A stretch of DNA of 64,000 nucleotides from Mobula hypostoma (GCF_963921235.1 NC_086097.1:83020001-83084000); one strand, 5' to 3'; counted from the stretch's first letter, positions 13,608 to 26,019 are shown. Numbers and translations: made by a program. The notes: generated by a model not told the origin, from the letters alone.

Positions 13608-13771
13608 TTTTAGACATGATTATAATGAATTGCCGAGCAGGGTTTAACAGCTGAGAGGCCCCCTCCTGCTCCTCTGTTCTATATTTTTAATTAGTATTTC
13701 TGTGTGTACGTCGACTATAGTTAAATCGATGGGTGTCGATCAGCAGGGGAGCCAGAGCTGGGTCTTTGTGT

Positions 13772-15552
13772 TGTTACGTACCCCGTAACTGGGTTGCCAA
13801 ACCAGCAGAAATGGACCACTCAGTTGGAGTCTTGATTACTGGAACTAAGAAAGTTTTATTAAAGAAATAAGCAACACAGTACTCTAATAGTCAGGATATA
13901 AATGCAACAGGTTAGCAATGAATAAACACACATGTACACAGAACTAGGATAATAGGGTCAATCAAGCTCTATCACAGTCTAGGGGTAAAATGATCAATCA
14001 CAAGTGACAGAGTTCAGTTCGCAGTAATCACTGTTGTGCCGTTGGAGAGAGAGAGAGAGAGAGAATGAATGAATATTCAAATCGGATTCCAAACAGACCT
14101 TCGATATTCCTCTGTTACGTACCCCGTAACTGGGTTGCCAAACCAGCAGAAATGGATCACTCAGTTGGAGTCTGGAGTATTAGAACTAAGAAAGTTTTAT
14201 TAAAGAAACAAGCAACACAGTAATCGAAAGGATAATAAATGCAACAATTCAACAATGATAACCACACATGTGCACAGAATTCAGATAACAGCATCAATCA
14301 AGCTCTATCGTTGTCTAGGGGTAAATGACCAATTTCAAAATTACTCAAAGTTCAGTCCAGTTTGTAGTTCAGTTCGCAGTAATCGTTGTCATGGCGATGG
14401 ACAAGGTGGGGAAGAGAGACATAGAATAGGAACAACTCATTATTCAGCACAGCTTCACTCACAGACCAGCGAGATGGCTCACAAACAGCATTTGGGCGGG
14501 TCCTTGGTGATGTCACCTGAGGTCACCGACTGTGACCCCTCCTCCAGATGCGGTCGATCCTCTGCAGTGAACCCGGCACCCAGGCAAGGGCGGACACACA
14601 CCGGGTTCCCGCTGATCGTACCTTTCCACCCTGTGCGTTGTCCGGTACTTCTCACCACTCGTGAGAGGCGCACCGCTTCCAGGGTCTCGTTACCTCGGGT
14701 GGCGTGTGTGTCTGTCTTAGCGAACCTGTCCCTTTTTATCCCCCTGCTGGGGTATCGCCTGTCCATCACTTCAAACAGTTCAGGGTTCAAAGGGGGGAGC
14801 CGCTCCAGACAGCTCTTCCTCCCACATCCCTTCATTACACATCTCCAGACGCTGCTCCATTGTTCCTTATCTCTCCTTCCCCTGAGGGCAGGTGGCAGAC
14901 CAACTGCTGATGCCACTGATGCTAGCCCAGGCCAGCAAACATCTTAATTTTATGTGTATTCTCGTAACACCTCGCAGTCAGCTTTCAGGCGAGCCCTTTG
15001 TAATGTCTTCTGAGGTCACCGACTGTGACCCCTCCGTTCTAGATACGGTCGCTCCTCGGCGGTGAACCCAGCACCCAGGCAAGGGCGGACACACACACCA
15101 GGTTCCCGCCAACCGTATCTTTCCACCCTGTGCGTCTATGGCTGGTCCCACGACCAGCCCTCCAAAACTTCCACTGACTTGTGGGGGTGCACCGCTTCCA
15201 GGGTCTCGTTACCTCGTGGTGTCATGAGGGGTGTCTGTTGCCTTAGCGAAACTGTCCCTTTTTATCCCCCCCTGTTGGGGTATCACCTGTCCATCAGACT
15301 TCAAACAGTTCAGGGTTCAAAGCAGCCGATCTTGACAATACTCAGACCGGTGTCTCCTTCCGTTAAACTCTCTCGTCTCCTCCCGTTAAACTCTCTCGTC
15401 TCCTCATTAACATTTCCAAATGCTGCTCCATTGTCTTACTTATCTCTCTCTCCTGAAGACAGGTGGCAGATCAACTGATGATCCCACTTGTGATAGCACA
15501 GGACAGTTAACATCTTAGTCTATGTGTACTTTTGTAACCCTCTTTTGTCACA
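13772..15552 (-). repeat. 3' LTR, interrupted by a solo LTR at 14113-14969
   Basis: Colinear with 19429-20331 once the nested insertion is removed; abuts the PPT. Confidence 0.95.
14113..14969 (-). mobile_element. Solo LTR of a sister subfamily nested in the 3' LTR
   Basis: Termini tgttacg...cgtaaca; 4-bp TSD cctc (14109-14112, 14970-14973); homologous to, but diverged from, the host LTR. Confidence 0.92.
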
Positions 15553-15564
15553 CCCCTCCCCTTT
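15553..15564 (-). other. Polypurine tract
   Basis: Minus strand aaaggggagggg immediately precedes the TG start of the 3' LTR. Confidence 0.9.
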
Positions 15565-15669
15565 AAGAATTTTTACCGGGGTAAAAATTATAAGCATGAA
15601 TACATTATTAGATACACACAAATATACATCTTCATCAGCTATTTAGCTAATACAGAGAATTTTAAGTTG

Positions 15670-17019
15670 TCAACACCTTGACAGACAGTCAGCAATCACA
15701 TTTTCCATTCCTTTTATATGTGTAATTTTTATATCAAATTCCTGTAGCACCAGACTCCAACTTAGCAATCTTTTGTTTTTATCTTTCATAGTAGCCAAAA
15801 ACACTAATGGGTTATGGTCAGTGTAAATTACCAGTGGTTTCCATGCCGGGCAAATATAAACTTCAAAATGTTGTAATGCTAGTATGATGGCCAGTAACTC
15901 CTTTTCCACAATGGAATAATTTCTCTGATGGATATTAAATTTCTTAGAAAAGTAAGCGACTGGGTGCTCAACCCCCTCTTTGTCTGTCTGCAACAGCACC
16001 GGCCCGGCAGCTTCGTCGCTAGCATCTGTTGCTAGGGAGAAGGGTTTTGAAAAATCAGGCGCATTTAGCACAGGATTGTGACACAGAATCGCCTTCAGAC
16101 TCTCAAAGGCTTGTTGACAAAGGTCGTTCCACACAAACTTCGCATTCTTTGGCAAAAGCTTAGTGAGAGGGAGGGTAATATCCACAAAGTTTTTGCAAAA
16201 CTTCCTATAGTACCCCACCATCCCCAAGAACCTTCTCAGGGCTCTCTTGTCTGTTGGGGTGGGGACCTCTGAGATAGCCCGCACCTTGGCCTGCATCGGA
16301 GCCAGCTGCCCCTGTCCTACCACAAATCCCAGATAAGTGACCTTTGCGTGGCTGAACTCACTTTTTGTGAGGTTTACTGTCAGGTTGGCTTCGGACAGCC
16401 GTTTAAACAGCTCCTCTACTGCCACAATGTGCTCCTCCCACGTGTCACTCCAGACCACTAAATCATCAATATACGCTTCTGTGTTCCTTAATCCTTTTAT
16501 TACTGAATTAATCATCCTCTGGAAGGTCCCTGGGGCATTTTTCATGCCAAAAGGTAGAACATTATACTCATATAAACTGGAGGGAGTGACAAATGCCGAG
16601 ATTTCTCTAGCCCGGTCAGTTAAAAGAACACACCAGTACTCTTTCAGCAAATCCATCTTTGTGATGTACGTAGCTCTCCCCACTTTATCGATGCAATCCT
16701 CTACCCTTGGGATGGGGTAAGCATCAGTTTTCGTGATAGCGTTCACCTTTCTGTAATCTGTTCAGAATCGGATGCTCCCATCGGCTTTCGGAACAACCAC
16801 ACAGGGGGACGCCCATTCCGACTTGGATGGCCTAATAATATCTGTGGCTAGCATGTGTTCAATCTCTTTCTCCACTAGCTTGCCTTTCTCCAAGTTCATC
16901 CTATAGGGATGTTGTTTAATAGGCTGGTCTGAGGTGACCACAACATCATGCACCGTCCCTTTGCATCGCCTTGGGACATCGGGACATATATCTGCGTGCC
17001 AGTTAATTAGCCTTATCAA
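15670..17019 (-). pseudogene. Gypsy pol: reverse transcriptase and RNase H (frame-disrupted; ORFs 16762-17019 and 15670-16746)
   Basis: PIKQHPYR, WASPCVVVPKADGSIRF, LPFGMKNAPGTFQR, YIDD, FLGMVGYYRKF, TDAS, EKELLAI, TDHNPL, NVIADCLSR. Confidence 0.95.
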
Positions 17020-17028
17020 TGGCCTGCT

Positions 17029-18597
17029 TTATTCAGGGGTTAGGTGAGAGACCTTATCAGCAAAATTAGCCAGAACAATAGAGTTCTCCAATTGGGTCGG
17101 CACCATACTCATCTTTTCAAGATGGGTTTTCCCCGTATCATTCGACACCCCAGTCTCATTAATTTCCATGATAACACCAACCAGGTCTGTTCTCTGATCG
17201 TGGTGGGCTTTTAACATGTTAATAGCCTCTAACTGTGTTAACTCACGTCTGCAATAGTCGATAACATCCTTCCTCCTGTGCAACCAGTAAAACTCTTTCA
17301 TGATTCCGCCGACTATTTCCCTCCCTCCAAAATGTCCACCGAGCTGTATCTTGTGGGCCAGGTTAAGAATCTCATCCCCATAAATTTTTGGCACCATCCC
17401 CCATTCCTCATCTGCGGGTACAGTACTTGGTCTCCCCTTCTTCCTTAGCACTCCCTCCTCCACACAATAGCCTACTGGCTCCCTTTTCACTGCTGCTTTA
17501 GAGAGAGCTGTCTCCGCCGAAACCATCAACTCCTGCCTCTGTACAAATTCCTTCCTGGCTAATGCTAAGTCTGCCTCAGCTCCCTCACTTCCTCCTGTTT
17601 CACTACACTCCTTCTTTTCACTTTCTACCTCCTCCTGGTACAAGGCTGGTAGAAACGTCTCAGCTAAATTTACTTCGGCAGTCTTTCTGGACACACGCCG
17701 AGTCACTGCGCAAACAGGATGAACCTGTGAGTCCATGGGCGGGGCCTCAATGCTGGCAGGCTGACCTGTCAATCTCACTGCCGAGAACACAATTCCCCCG
17801 GCTAGGTCATTACCGAGCAAGACTTCCACGCCTTTCATTGGTAATTCGGGCCTCACCCCGATCGTGACCGGTCCAGAGACCAAGTTGCTTTGTAGGTGTA
17901 TCTGGTGCAAAGGGACTGCCTCAGTCCCTTTTCCAATGCCTTTTATGACCCTGACTTTCCCAGTCTTGGTCTCTGAACTAAAGTCTAACACCCCCTTTAA
18001 TATCAATGACTGACACGCTCCCGCGTCTCTCCAGATCCGCACTGGAACTGGGTTTAACCCCTCCTTCACTGACACCAATCCGGCCGAGATAAACCTCTCG
18101 CGCCCTTCCTGAACTTTGTCAGACCTTTCCTCTTCTAGCGGTTTGTTTACCAGCTCAATACAGCCAGTCAAAATCGCCGTTTTTCCTTCCCCCGTCTCCT
18201 TCTTTGGGGCAAAGCACCTGGACACAAAGTGTCCGACTTTCCCACAATTATAACAGACGACCCCAGGAGACCTCCTACCAGACTGCTCCCGGTCTACCTT
18301 ATCCTTCTCATTAGTCTCCGGCTTACTTTCTGACTTTTCTGGCGGACTCTCCCCGCCTTCCTGACTACCCTTCTGGTAGCCCTTACTCGGGGCAAACTTC
18401 ATTTTATGCGTCAACGCGTACTCATCCACTAACTTAGCAGTTGCGGCTAACGTGGCTGCCTTTTTCTCATCTAGGTAGGGTCTCATACCTTCGCGGACAC
18501 AACCTTTAAACTGCTCAATCAGGATCAGCTGTAGCAGTCTGCCATAATCCCCATTTACCCCCTTCGAGGCACACCAATGCTCACAATATGTCTGCAT
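17029..18597 (-). pseudogene. Gag C-terminus (SCAN-like end, CCHC knuckle), aspartic protease and integrase remnant
   Basis: LLQLILIEQF; CYNCGKVGHFVSRC; RDAGACQS (degenerate DTGA) and VLLGNDL; AHKIQLGGHFG...FYW...YCRR followed directly by INMLKAH. Confidence 0.88.
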
Positions 18598-18611
18598 CTC
18601 ACGGGCAAACT

Positions 18612-19330
18612 CTAAATATGTTTCCTCGCATTCCAGAACCTCCGCCGGTATGCCTCCGGGACCAACTCATAAATCCTGAGGATGGCCTCTTTCACCACCT
18701 CATACCTCTGGGCATCTTCCGCAGACAAAGCTGAATAAGCTTGTTGTGCTTTTCCTTTAAGTACACTCTGAAGCAAAACAGCCCACTTATCCCTCGGCCA
18801 GTCCCGACTTGCAGCAACTTTTTCGAAATGGAGAAAGTACCGATCCACATTGGTATCGTCAAATGGGGGAACCAGCCTAACGTCCTGGGTCGCCCTGAAC
18901 CCTCCGCCTTGGTTCGGCATGGGCCCCTGCTCTGCCATCATCTTTAACCTCTCCAGCTCGAATTCCCTTTCCCTCTGCCTCTTTTCTTGCTCCAACTGCC
19001 TCTCTCTCTCTCTCTCTCCTGCCGTTCTAACTGTTTTTCTTCGTGTTCTAGCTGCCGTACCTGGAACTCGTGCTCGAGTCTCAGTTTTTCAATCTGCACC
19101 TGTACTGCATCTCCACCAGGTTTTCCCATAGATACCACCTCCAGCTCCCCTTGGGGAAACACACCTTTAGATACATAGTGCTCTACGATAGCTCTGTGTA
19201 TCTCCGCTCTCCTCATTATCGACTTCCCCTTAACAAGATTCAACCGTTTGGCCACAGCTGCCAATTCCGCTTTCCTGGCATCCTCTAATGCATCTAAGGT
19301 CGGCGCCTTTAGAAATTCCTCAATCTCCAT
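18612..19330 (-). pseudogene. Gag N-terminus (frameshifted at the AG microsatellite ~19000-19017)
   Basis: Coiled-coil region, then VPPFDDTNVDRYFLHFEKVA..WPRDKWAVLLQSVLKGKAQQAY..ELVPEAYRRRF, typical of Gmr1-like Gag. Confidence 0.85.
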
Positions 19331-19406
19331 TTCTGCTGTTTGCCTCTTCTTTCTATCAGGAATTTTAACCCAATCAATTTACCCCATCCCAAATTTAGCG
19401 TTCAAG

Positions 19407-19424
19407 ATCCCGGATGGGCCCCCA
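19407..19424 (-). other. Primer-binding site for tRNA-Pro
   Basis: Minus strand TGGGGGCCCATCCGGGAT versus the canonical Pro PBS TGGGGGCTCGTCCGGGAT (16/18), 4 nt inside the 5' LTR. Confidence 0.9.
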
Positions 19425-19428
19425 GTTA

Positions 19429-20331
19429 TGTTACGTACCCCGTAACTGGGTTGCCAAACCAGCAGAAATGGACCACTCAGTTGGAGTCTGGATTACTGAA
19501 ACTAAGAAAGTTTTATTAAAGAAATAAGCAACACAGTACTCTAATAGTAAGGATATAAATGCAGCAGGTTAGCAATGAATAAACACACATGTACACAGAA
19601 CTAGGATAATAGAGTCAATCAAGCTCTATCGCAGTCTAGGGGTAAAATGATCAATCACAAGTGACAGAGTTCAGTTTAGTTCAGTTCGCAGTAATCACTG
19701 TTGTGCCGTTGGAGAGGGAGAGAGAGAAAGAATGAATATTCAAATCGGATTCCAAACAGACCTTTGATATTCCTTGCAGTCAGCTTTCGGGCGAGCCCTT
19801 TGTAATGTCTTCTGAGGTCACCGACTGTGACCCCTCCGTTCCAGATATGGTCACTCCTCGGCGGTGAACCCGGCACCCAGGCAAGGGCGGACACACACAC
19901 CAGGTTCCCGCCGACTGTCTCTTTCTACCCTGTGCGTCTATGGCTGGTCCCACGACCAGCCCTCCAAAACTCCCACCGACTTGTGGGGGCGCACCGCTTC
20001 CAGGGTCTCGTTACCTCGTGGTGTCGTGAGTGGTGTCTGTTGCCTTAGCGAACCTGTCCCTTTTTATCCCCCCCTGTTGGGGTATCGCCTGTCCATCAGA
20101 CTTCAAACAGTTCAGGGCTCAAAGCAGCCGGTCTTCACAATACAGAGACCGGTGTCTCCTTCCGTTAAACTCTCTCGTCTCCTCATTAACATTTCCAAAT
20201 GCTGCTCCATTGTCTTACTTATCTCTCTCTCCTGAAGACAGGTGGCAGATCAACTGATGATCCCACTTGTGATAGCACAGGGCAGTTAACATCTTAGTCT
20301 ATGTGTACTTTTGTAACCCTCTTTTGTCACA
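19429..20331 (-). repeat. 5' LTR (903 bp)
   Basis: tgttacg...tgtcaca, adjacent to the PBS; minus-strand AATAAA near 19510. Confidence 0.95.
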
Positions 20332-21217
20332 GTGTTCACAAGAGATGAAAAATGTTGTGGCAGTGTTCACTTCTACAACAATGGAAGTCGATTCTGTTTC
20401 CCTGAATCCATAGTTTCTCAGCAGTTAATCACTTTATGGAATTAGAGGAAATTGCGCACTGAAGAAAGAGACTTCTCTCTGGAAACTCCATTGTTCCTGT
20501 GCACAACAAAGGAAAATGAGGAGGAAAGAATGTAAGTAGGCAATTCCTGACTTGCAATTCCTGATTTACCACAGAAGAAGTTTCATTACTTTATTTGAGC
20601 CAGAGAACAAGAAGATTATATTTTCTACTTAATGTTGAATGGGAACAGGCAGGCTGATGAAATGCTGTGACAAATGAGATCTACTGAAGGCAATGTCTTC
20701 ACTGTAACAGTGGTGAGAACATCAGCACGTAATTTTGCATCTGTTCCATTTTTGCAGATAATTAGTCAACAGTTATTTGCTGCACTGGGAACAAGGCTGC
20801 TAATCTGTGCTCATTCAATCCAGCATAAAATGCAACAAAGCAAAGAAAGATAGAGAGAATTTCTTCATGTTGGTTGGACGGAGATGATTGCCTCATGCAA
20901 TGATGTCACTCATCTTGATAAAAGTCCTATCTCAAAGTCCAACAACATCAAGATCAGGAAGGGATACCAATCAACCATATCGTGCAGTCAAAACATAGAA
21001 CTCAGGAGTAACTGTAACATACTTGTTCTCACTACAATCAGGTGATGGGATATCAAAGTATCTGCTTCAGTCTTAGCTGACGACACTTTATCCAGTCTAA
21101 GGATGAGAGGTAGAATTTTGGTTTAATAAGGCCTGAGAGTTCAAGCAGAGGCAACCAGTATTCATCAAGTTTGCTGGTGAACGCAGCAGGCCAGGCAGCA
21201 TCTCTAGGAAGAGGTAC

Positions 21218-21253
21218 AGTCAACGTTTCAGGCTGAGACCCTTCGTCAGGACT
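21218..21253 (-). ncRNA. Minimal type I hammerhead ribozyme motif
   Basis: AGUC CUGACGA AGG GUCUCAG CCU GAAAC GUU GACU: core CUGANGA/GAAA, stem I AGUC/GACU, stem II AGG/CCU, NUH triplet GUU. Confidence 0.75.
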
Positions 21254-21271
21254 AACTGGAACAGAACAGTT

Positions 21272-21307
21272 AGTCCTGCTGAAGGGTCTCGTCCTGAAAC
21301 GTCGACT
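21272..21307 (+). ncRNA. Minimal hammerhead motif with a core mutation (CUGCUGA)
   Basis: AGUC CUGCUGA AGG GUCUCGU CCU GAAAC GUC GACU. Confidence 0.55.
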
Positions 21308-24029
21308 GTACCTCTTCCTAGAGGTGCTGCCTGGCCTGCTGCGTTCACCAGCAACTTTGATGCGTGTTGCTTGAATTTCCAGCATCTGCAGAATTGCTCG
21401 TGTTTACGCAATCAGTATTCAAACAAGTTTTGTTTCCGTTGAGGCCTGAAAGTGTGATTTAATAGGTGTTTCTGTGGTATATTACAAAGGAAGTAGGCTT
21501 CTCAAGCATAAAGAGCTAAAGAAGATGAAAGGGAGAGAAAGACCAATGCCCTGGACATGAGAATAGTCAGAGGTGTGTTCCAGTTACTGTTCTGCTCATC
21601 ATTTAAGCTTGGTGGGTCTCAGATTGCAACCTTCTGACTCTGACCTTCCTGAGCTGGTCCCATTTGCCTGGTGTTGGCGCATATCCCTCTAAAGCTTTCC
21701 TCGCCAAGAACCTGTCCTAATGTTGTTTAAACATTGTAATTGTGTCTACCACTAACACTTCCTTTGGCAAGCTCGTTCCATTTACCCACCACACTCTATG
21801 TGGAAGAAATATTGCCTCTCATGTCCTCCTGAATTATGTAGGACTTCAAGACCCAAAAGCACACAAACTGATCACTCAAACCAGAAAATTCCTCTCCACG
21901 CTAGCCTCCTCCCGCCCCCTTCACTTTACCCCGTCAGCATATCCTGCCACTTCTGGCAGCTTAGTGTGTAAAAAAAGCCTTTGAGCAGTTAAAAAAAAAA
22001 GAAAAGAAATTGACAATAGATTGACAAACAGAAACAGGGAACAATAGAAAAATGGATAAGAGATAGAAAATATCCCAGTGGAGATAGATCATATTTGTGT
22101 GATTCGTTCTTTTTTTCATGTTGGGTGTTTAATGTTTTCTTTGAATGGGTTCCATAGTGTTTCTTTGTTTCGTGGTTGTCTGTGGGAAGATGAATCTCAG
22201 GGTTGTATACCAGATACATATTTTGGTTGTATACTGCCTACATTCATTGATAATAAATGTACTTTGAATTTTAAAATGATCAGATGGCATTGTGTCCAAT
22301 TTTTAGCTGAAGTTCAAACTAAAATAATCTGAAAATTATGTGAAAAAAGGATTCTATTCATCTTTTTTTCAGGTTCCACCATTTGGACTCTAGTGATGTT
22401 CATATTCTGTTCCAGATACCATACCAATCCTATGATACCATTTTTTCAATGAGACTACAATCAAGGTAATCCCTTGACAATGGCTGGGTCACAGCAAACA
22501 ACTGTCACTGTTTTCAGTTACAAATTCATACAGTTACAAAGTGAATAGCAATTGTTCCATGTATAAATCATGTACCAAAACAACAGGGCAACAGATATCT
22601 TCCTTCAAGTCAAGCAAGAAATGAACATGTTCCTAAACAGCAGTTAAGTATACCAAGAATTTGCTTTGACCAAGTTTTGTCATGTTTTGCTTTTATTTAC
22701 TGAAGACCTTTCTTATTATGATTGCATTTTTCTGGAAACATGAAGAGAGGAAATAGAGTCAGACAAAGTCTAGCCAAAAATAAAATACACAATAGAATCC
22801 TTCCAGCTAAATATTGAAAGTATATGAGCAATTGGATCAAGAGTGACCTGAAGCAGAAGGTAGGAATGATGACTCACACTTGTATGTAATGGAAAATGGC
22901 TTATTCATTCATTAGTCCATACTAAACTTAGTGTATTCTGCACTGCAAGACTGAAGAACGATTTAGAACAGGAAATATGTCTTGTCACACCCTAAAACAG
23001 ACCTAAACTACTTGAAACTTCTTCATGGAGGGTTCCCAGTTTAATACTGGTGAGATTCAAACCTGAGACAATTCAGCAGCTATTTGAAGTTCATGTTATA
23101 AATGAGATTGGCATTTAGTGTACATTTTTGCGCAATGTGAACGTAGGTGGTATTAACCATTATATTTGTAATGATACTATACTTCAAAACTGTTGTGTTA
23201 CGACAATTCAAAGAAGCACAAATATACATACAGCATATATAGAAAATTCATCTAGGGTTCCAAATAATTGGTAATATTAGAATCTACAGGACTTTAAAGT
23301 ATAGCTTTGCTCTTCATATCAGTAGGATCTTAATATTTCAGTTGAGTCTATAAATGTTTCTGTGCATGTGTTTTGCTAGATCAAGGCATGGAATGTCTGG
23401 AAAGGATTTGTTGGCAACTCGCCTTCACAAGATTTCTGATTTAAAAGGGATAAACTACTAACTGGAACAACTAAAAGAAATTAGGTTTAATAAGCTGGTA
23501 GAGTTAGTCAATTAAGCACTTGTCCATTGCTTTCCAAAAAGATGTTAAATGAATGGTGAAGGTTTTGGCAAATTCTGATACATTACAATCAGATAACTGA
23601 GGGTGACAAAGTCAGCAGACTGATAATTTCTGCAACTTGTTCCCTTACGATCCATAAAAGATCAGTGGATTTCATAGAAAACTTGGGAAATTGTAGGAAT
23701 ATTGAACCAAGAATTGACTTTTTAATCTGCAGGCCTATGCACTGAGATAATGGCTGGCCTGTGATCTAAATCTGTGTACCTGTTATTTCCCTTCGATTAT
23801 AAAAATATTAATAATGTCAGATTCAAAATCTAAACTTGACCTCGTGTGAACTTTTACTTACAAAAATTTACCTTGTTCTGTGTGTTGAGATGTCTCTGCA
23901 TCTCTTGTGGGAAAAGCCTTACTGTAATTGTTAGATAATATCTTACAGTAAGGGACCTTCTGACTTGCCACGATAATTTTCTCCCCATCTTTCTCCTTAC
24001 TATCTTAGAATCAAAATCAAGTAACCTTG

Positions 24030-24168
24030 TATTACAAACAAGAGAAAATCTGCAGATGCTGGGAATCCAAGCAACACACACAAAATGCAGGAGGAACTCA
24101 GCAGGCCAGGCAGCATCTATGGAAAAGAATACTGTTGACATTTTGGGCCGAAACCCTTCAGCAGGACT
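24030..24168 (-). mobile_element. Penelope-terminus relic with a degenerate hammerhead
   Basis: cagcaggccaggcagcatcta...ttgacattttgggccgaaacccttcagcaggact, homologous to the 21165-21407 arms. Confidence 0.75.
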
Positions 24169-26019
24169 CTATATTAACCTTATATTAACCTGTTTAACCT
24201 TTCAAAATGCAGAGGATACTCTTCTCATGGTTTAGCATTAAGTTTTCAGTTATCGTTCTAATAAAAGCCACAAAAATGCTGAAAATGTGCAGCAGATCAG
24301 GCAGCATGAGAAAGTTAAAGTTTGAACTCAAAAACCCTTCATAAGAACTGAAAAATTAAAATAAGATTAATTTTGAATTACATTAGAGTCTGTATTCAAA
24401 ATTATGAAGGCCAACATCTCATTAGCCTTTTAAAATATTTTCACCATCCTGTATTTATGCTCCTCCTGCCTGCTATGTCCTGCCATTTCATGCCCAGCTT
24501 TTCACCATTTAGATAACTTTCAGTTTTCTCCTTCTTCAATACAAACTGGATGACATCACTGATGCAGAAATCCATTTTTACCATTTTTGATGGTTGTCTT
24601 AATCTGTGAACAATTCTATGATACAATGTTCTCATCTACATTGCTTACACCAGGGGCTGCCAATCCCTACCATTAACCAATTTCCCCCGGGATCAATAAA
24701 GTATGACTATGACTATGACTAACAGTGGGGTCCATGGACCGCAGGTTGAAAGCCCATGGCTCACCCTGCTTCTTATGTTATCACTCAACTTATTCTGTGT
24801 GTTTTTTTATCATGAATTGTTCATAAATACTACTGACTATTGCTGCACCCTAATCACAGATCGAAAGGAAAGATCGTCAGTCATATCTCGTCAATTAAGA
24901 TGTTTTCCCATTTTCTCTACTATCTGCCTTCTGACTCACAATTGCCTCGAAGTACACAACATGTGACTTCAGCTCATACTATCGCAAGAGAAACTTCAAA
25001 TTCCTTCTAGGAATCCACAAAATGAATATCGATAGACATTTCACAATCCACTAATGTAATCAAATCTTCAAAGAATTTTCAAATGATATATCACAGCTGA
25101 ATTCCAGAAGGAGGAAGATTCAAAGATGTTACTCAACAGAGTTAAAATGGATATTGCATTTAATGAATGAGAAATAAGCCACTTTTCCTAGCAGCCCATT
25201 CAGTTGGGTGTCATCCACTGGGGGTGTTATTATTCGATGAAACAGGAGTGAAATTGCATGTTGGAAATGGGTTCTCTTATAGAAACTACCATTTTAAAAT
25301 GTAGCTGAGGAAACATGAGGAAGACAAATGGATCTGGCTGAAATCAGATTATTTAAGGTGGAGTTAGTAAGTTGAAGCAAGTCTCTAAATGTTGGTATGT
25401 TTTAAAATATGAAAACAAATTCTTTAGAGTCTCACACCTGGAAATCAAGATCAAAGAGAGTTTCTTTAGAAAATCATTTCCCTCAGAAGAAAGATTTCCT
25501 GAGTTTATTTATTTGGAACATCAAGTAAAGAAATAATTACTTGTCTTCTCTGGTGAGCAGAATATTTTTTGGAATGGATGAAACTATGCTGCTCTTCCAA
25601 TGAAAAACATTCTTCACTTTTATGATCAGATATAGAGACATTCATAAAAAGCGATACTCTTGTTGCACCAAGAAGTCCCTTTCCTTCGACTGTGGCAAAC
25701 ATTGTTCCGATGTTTATACTGCACTGCGTTATGCCTGGATATTATGAAGGAAGGAGAGTAGTTGTCCAAGTCAGAATGTTGACCAGCCTGTCACTATAAT
25801 TGATCTAATCTTCCTTCCCTGACGTAAAGATCATGAGCCTGGAGTTGTGTTGGCAGAGTAATACATGTAGTGAGTAGTCTTTACTTCATTCATAATATGC
25901 CAGCACGAGATGGGGTGGATGTGAGTCTAAAGTAAATTCCTCTAGAATGGGGGTTGAAATCCTTGAGGGGTTTTCTAACGTCACCCTTCCAGCGCAATGA
26001 ACATACGGATACCTTCATA

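Larger units (their letters stand above)
13772..20331 (-). mobile_element. Full-length Gypsy (Gmr1-like) LTR retrotransposon, defective
   Basis: TG...CA LTRs at 13772-15552 and 19429-20331; 4-bp TSD gtgt (13768-13771, 20332-20335); PBS; PPT; gag-PR-(IN remnant)-RT-RNase H order. Confidence 0.95.
21165..21407. mobile_element. Palindromic non-autonomous Penelope-derived mini-element carrying two hammerhead motifs
   Basis: ~96-bp inverted arms (21163-21258, 21267-21362) nearly identical to the Penelope terminus at 51700-51795; flanking repeat gcaa(c/t)cagtattca. Confidence 0.88.

Noticed and set aside
13084..13654. Overlapping short ORFs on both strands
   Set aside because: Expected from the GC-rich non-coding element; no domain similarity recognised
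14255..15478. ORFs of 138-230 aa in the LTR region (also 19676-20257)
   Set aside because: They lie within LTRs, are not kept as one frame between LTR copies, and show no recognisable domain
25005..25760. Unique sequence that looked coding-like
   Set aside because: No long open frame in the ORF track or on manual reading, and no supportable exon structure
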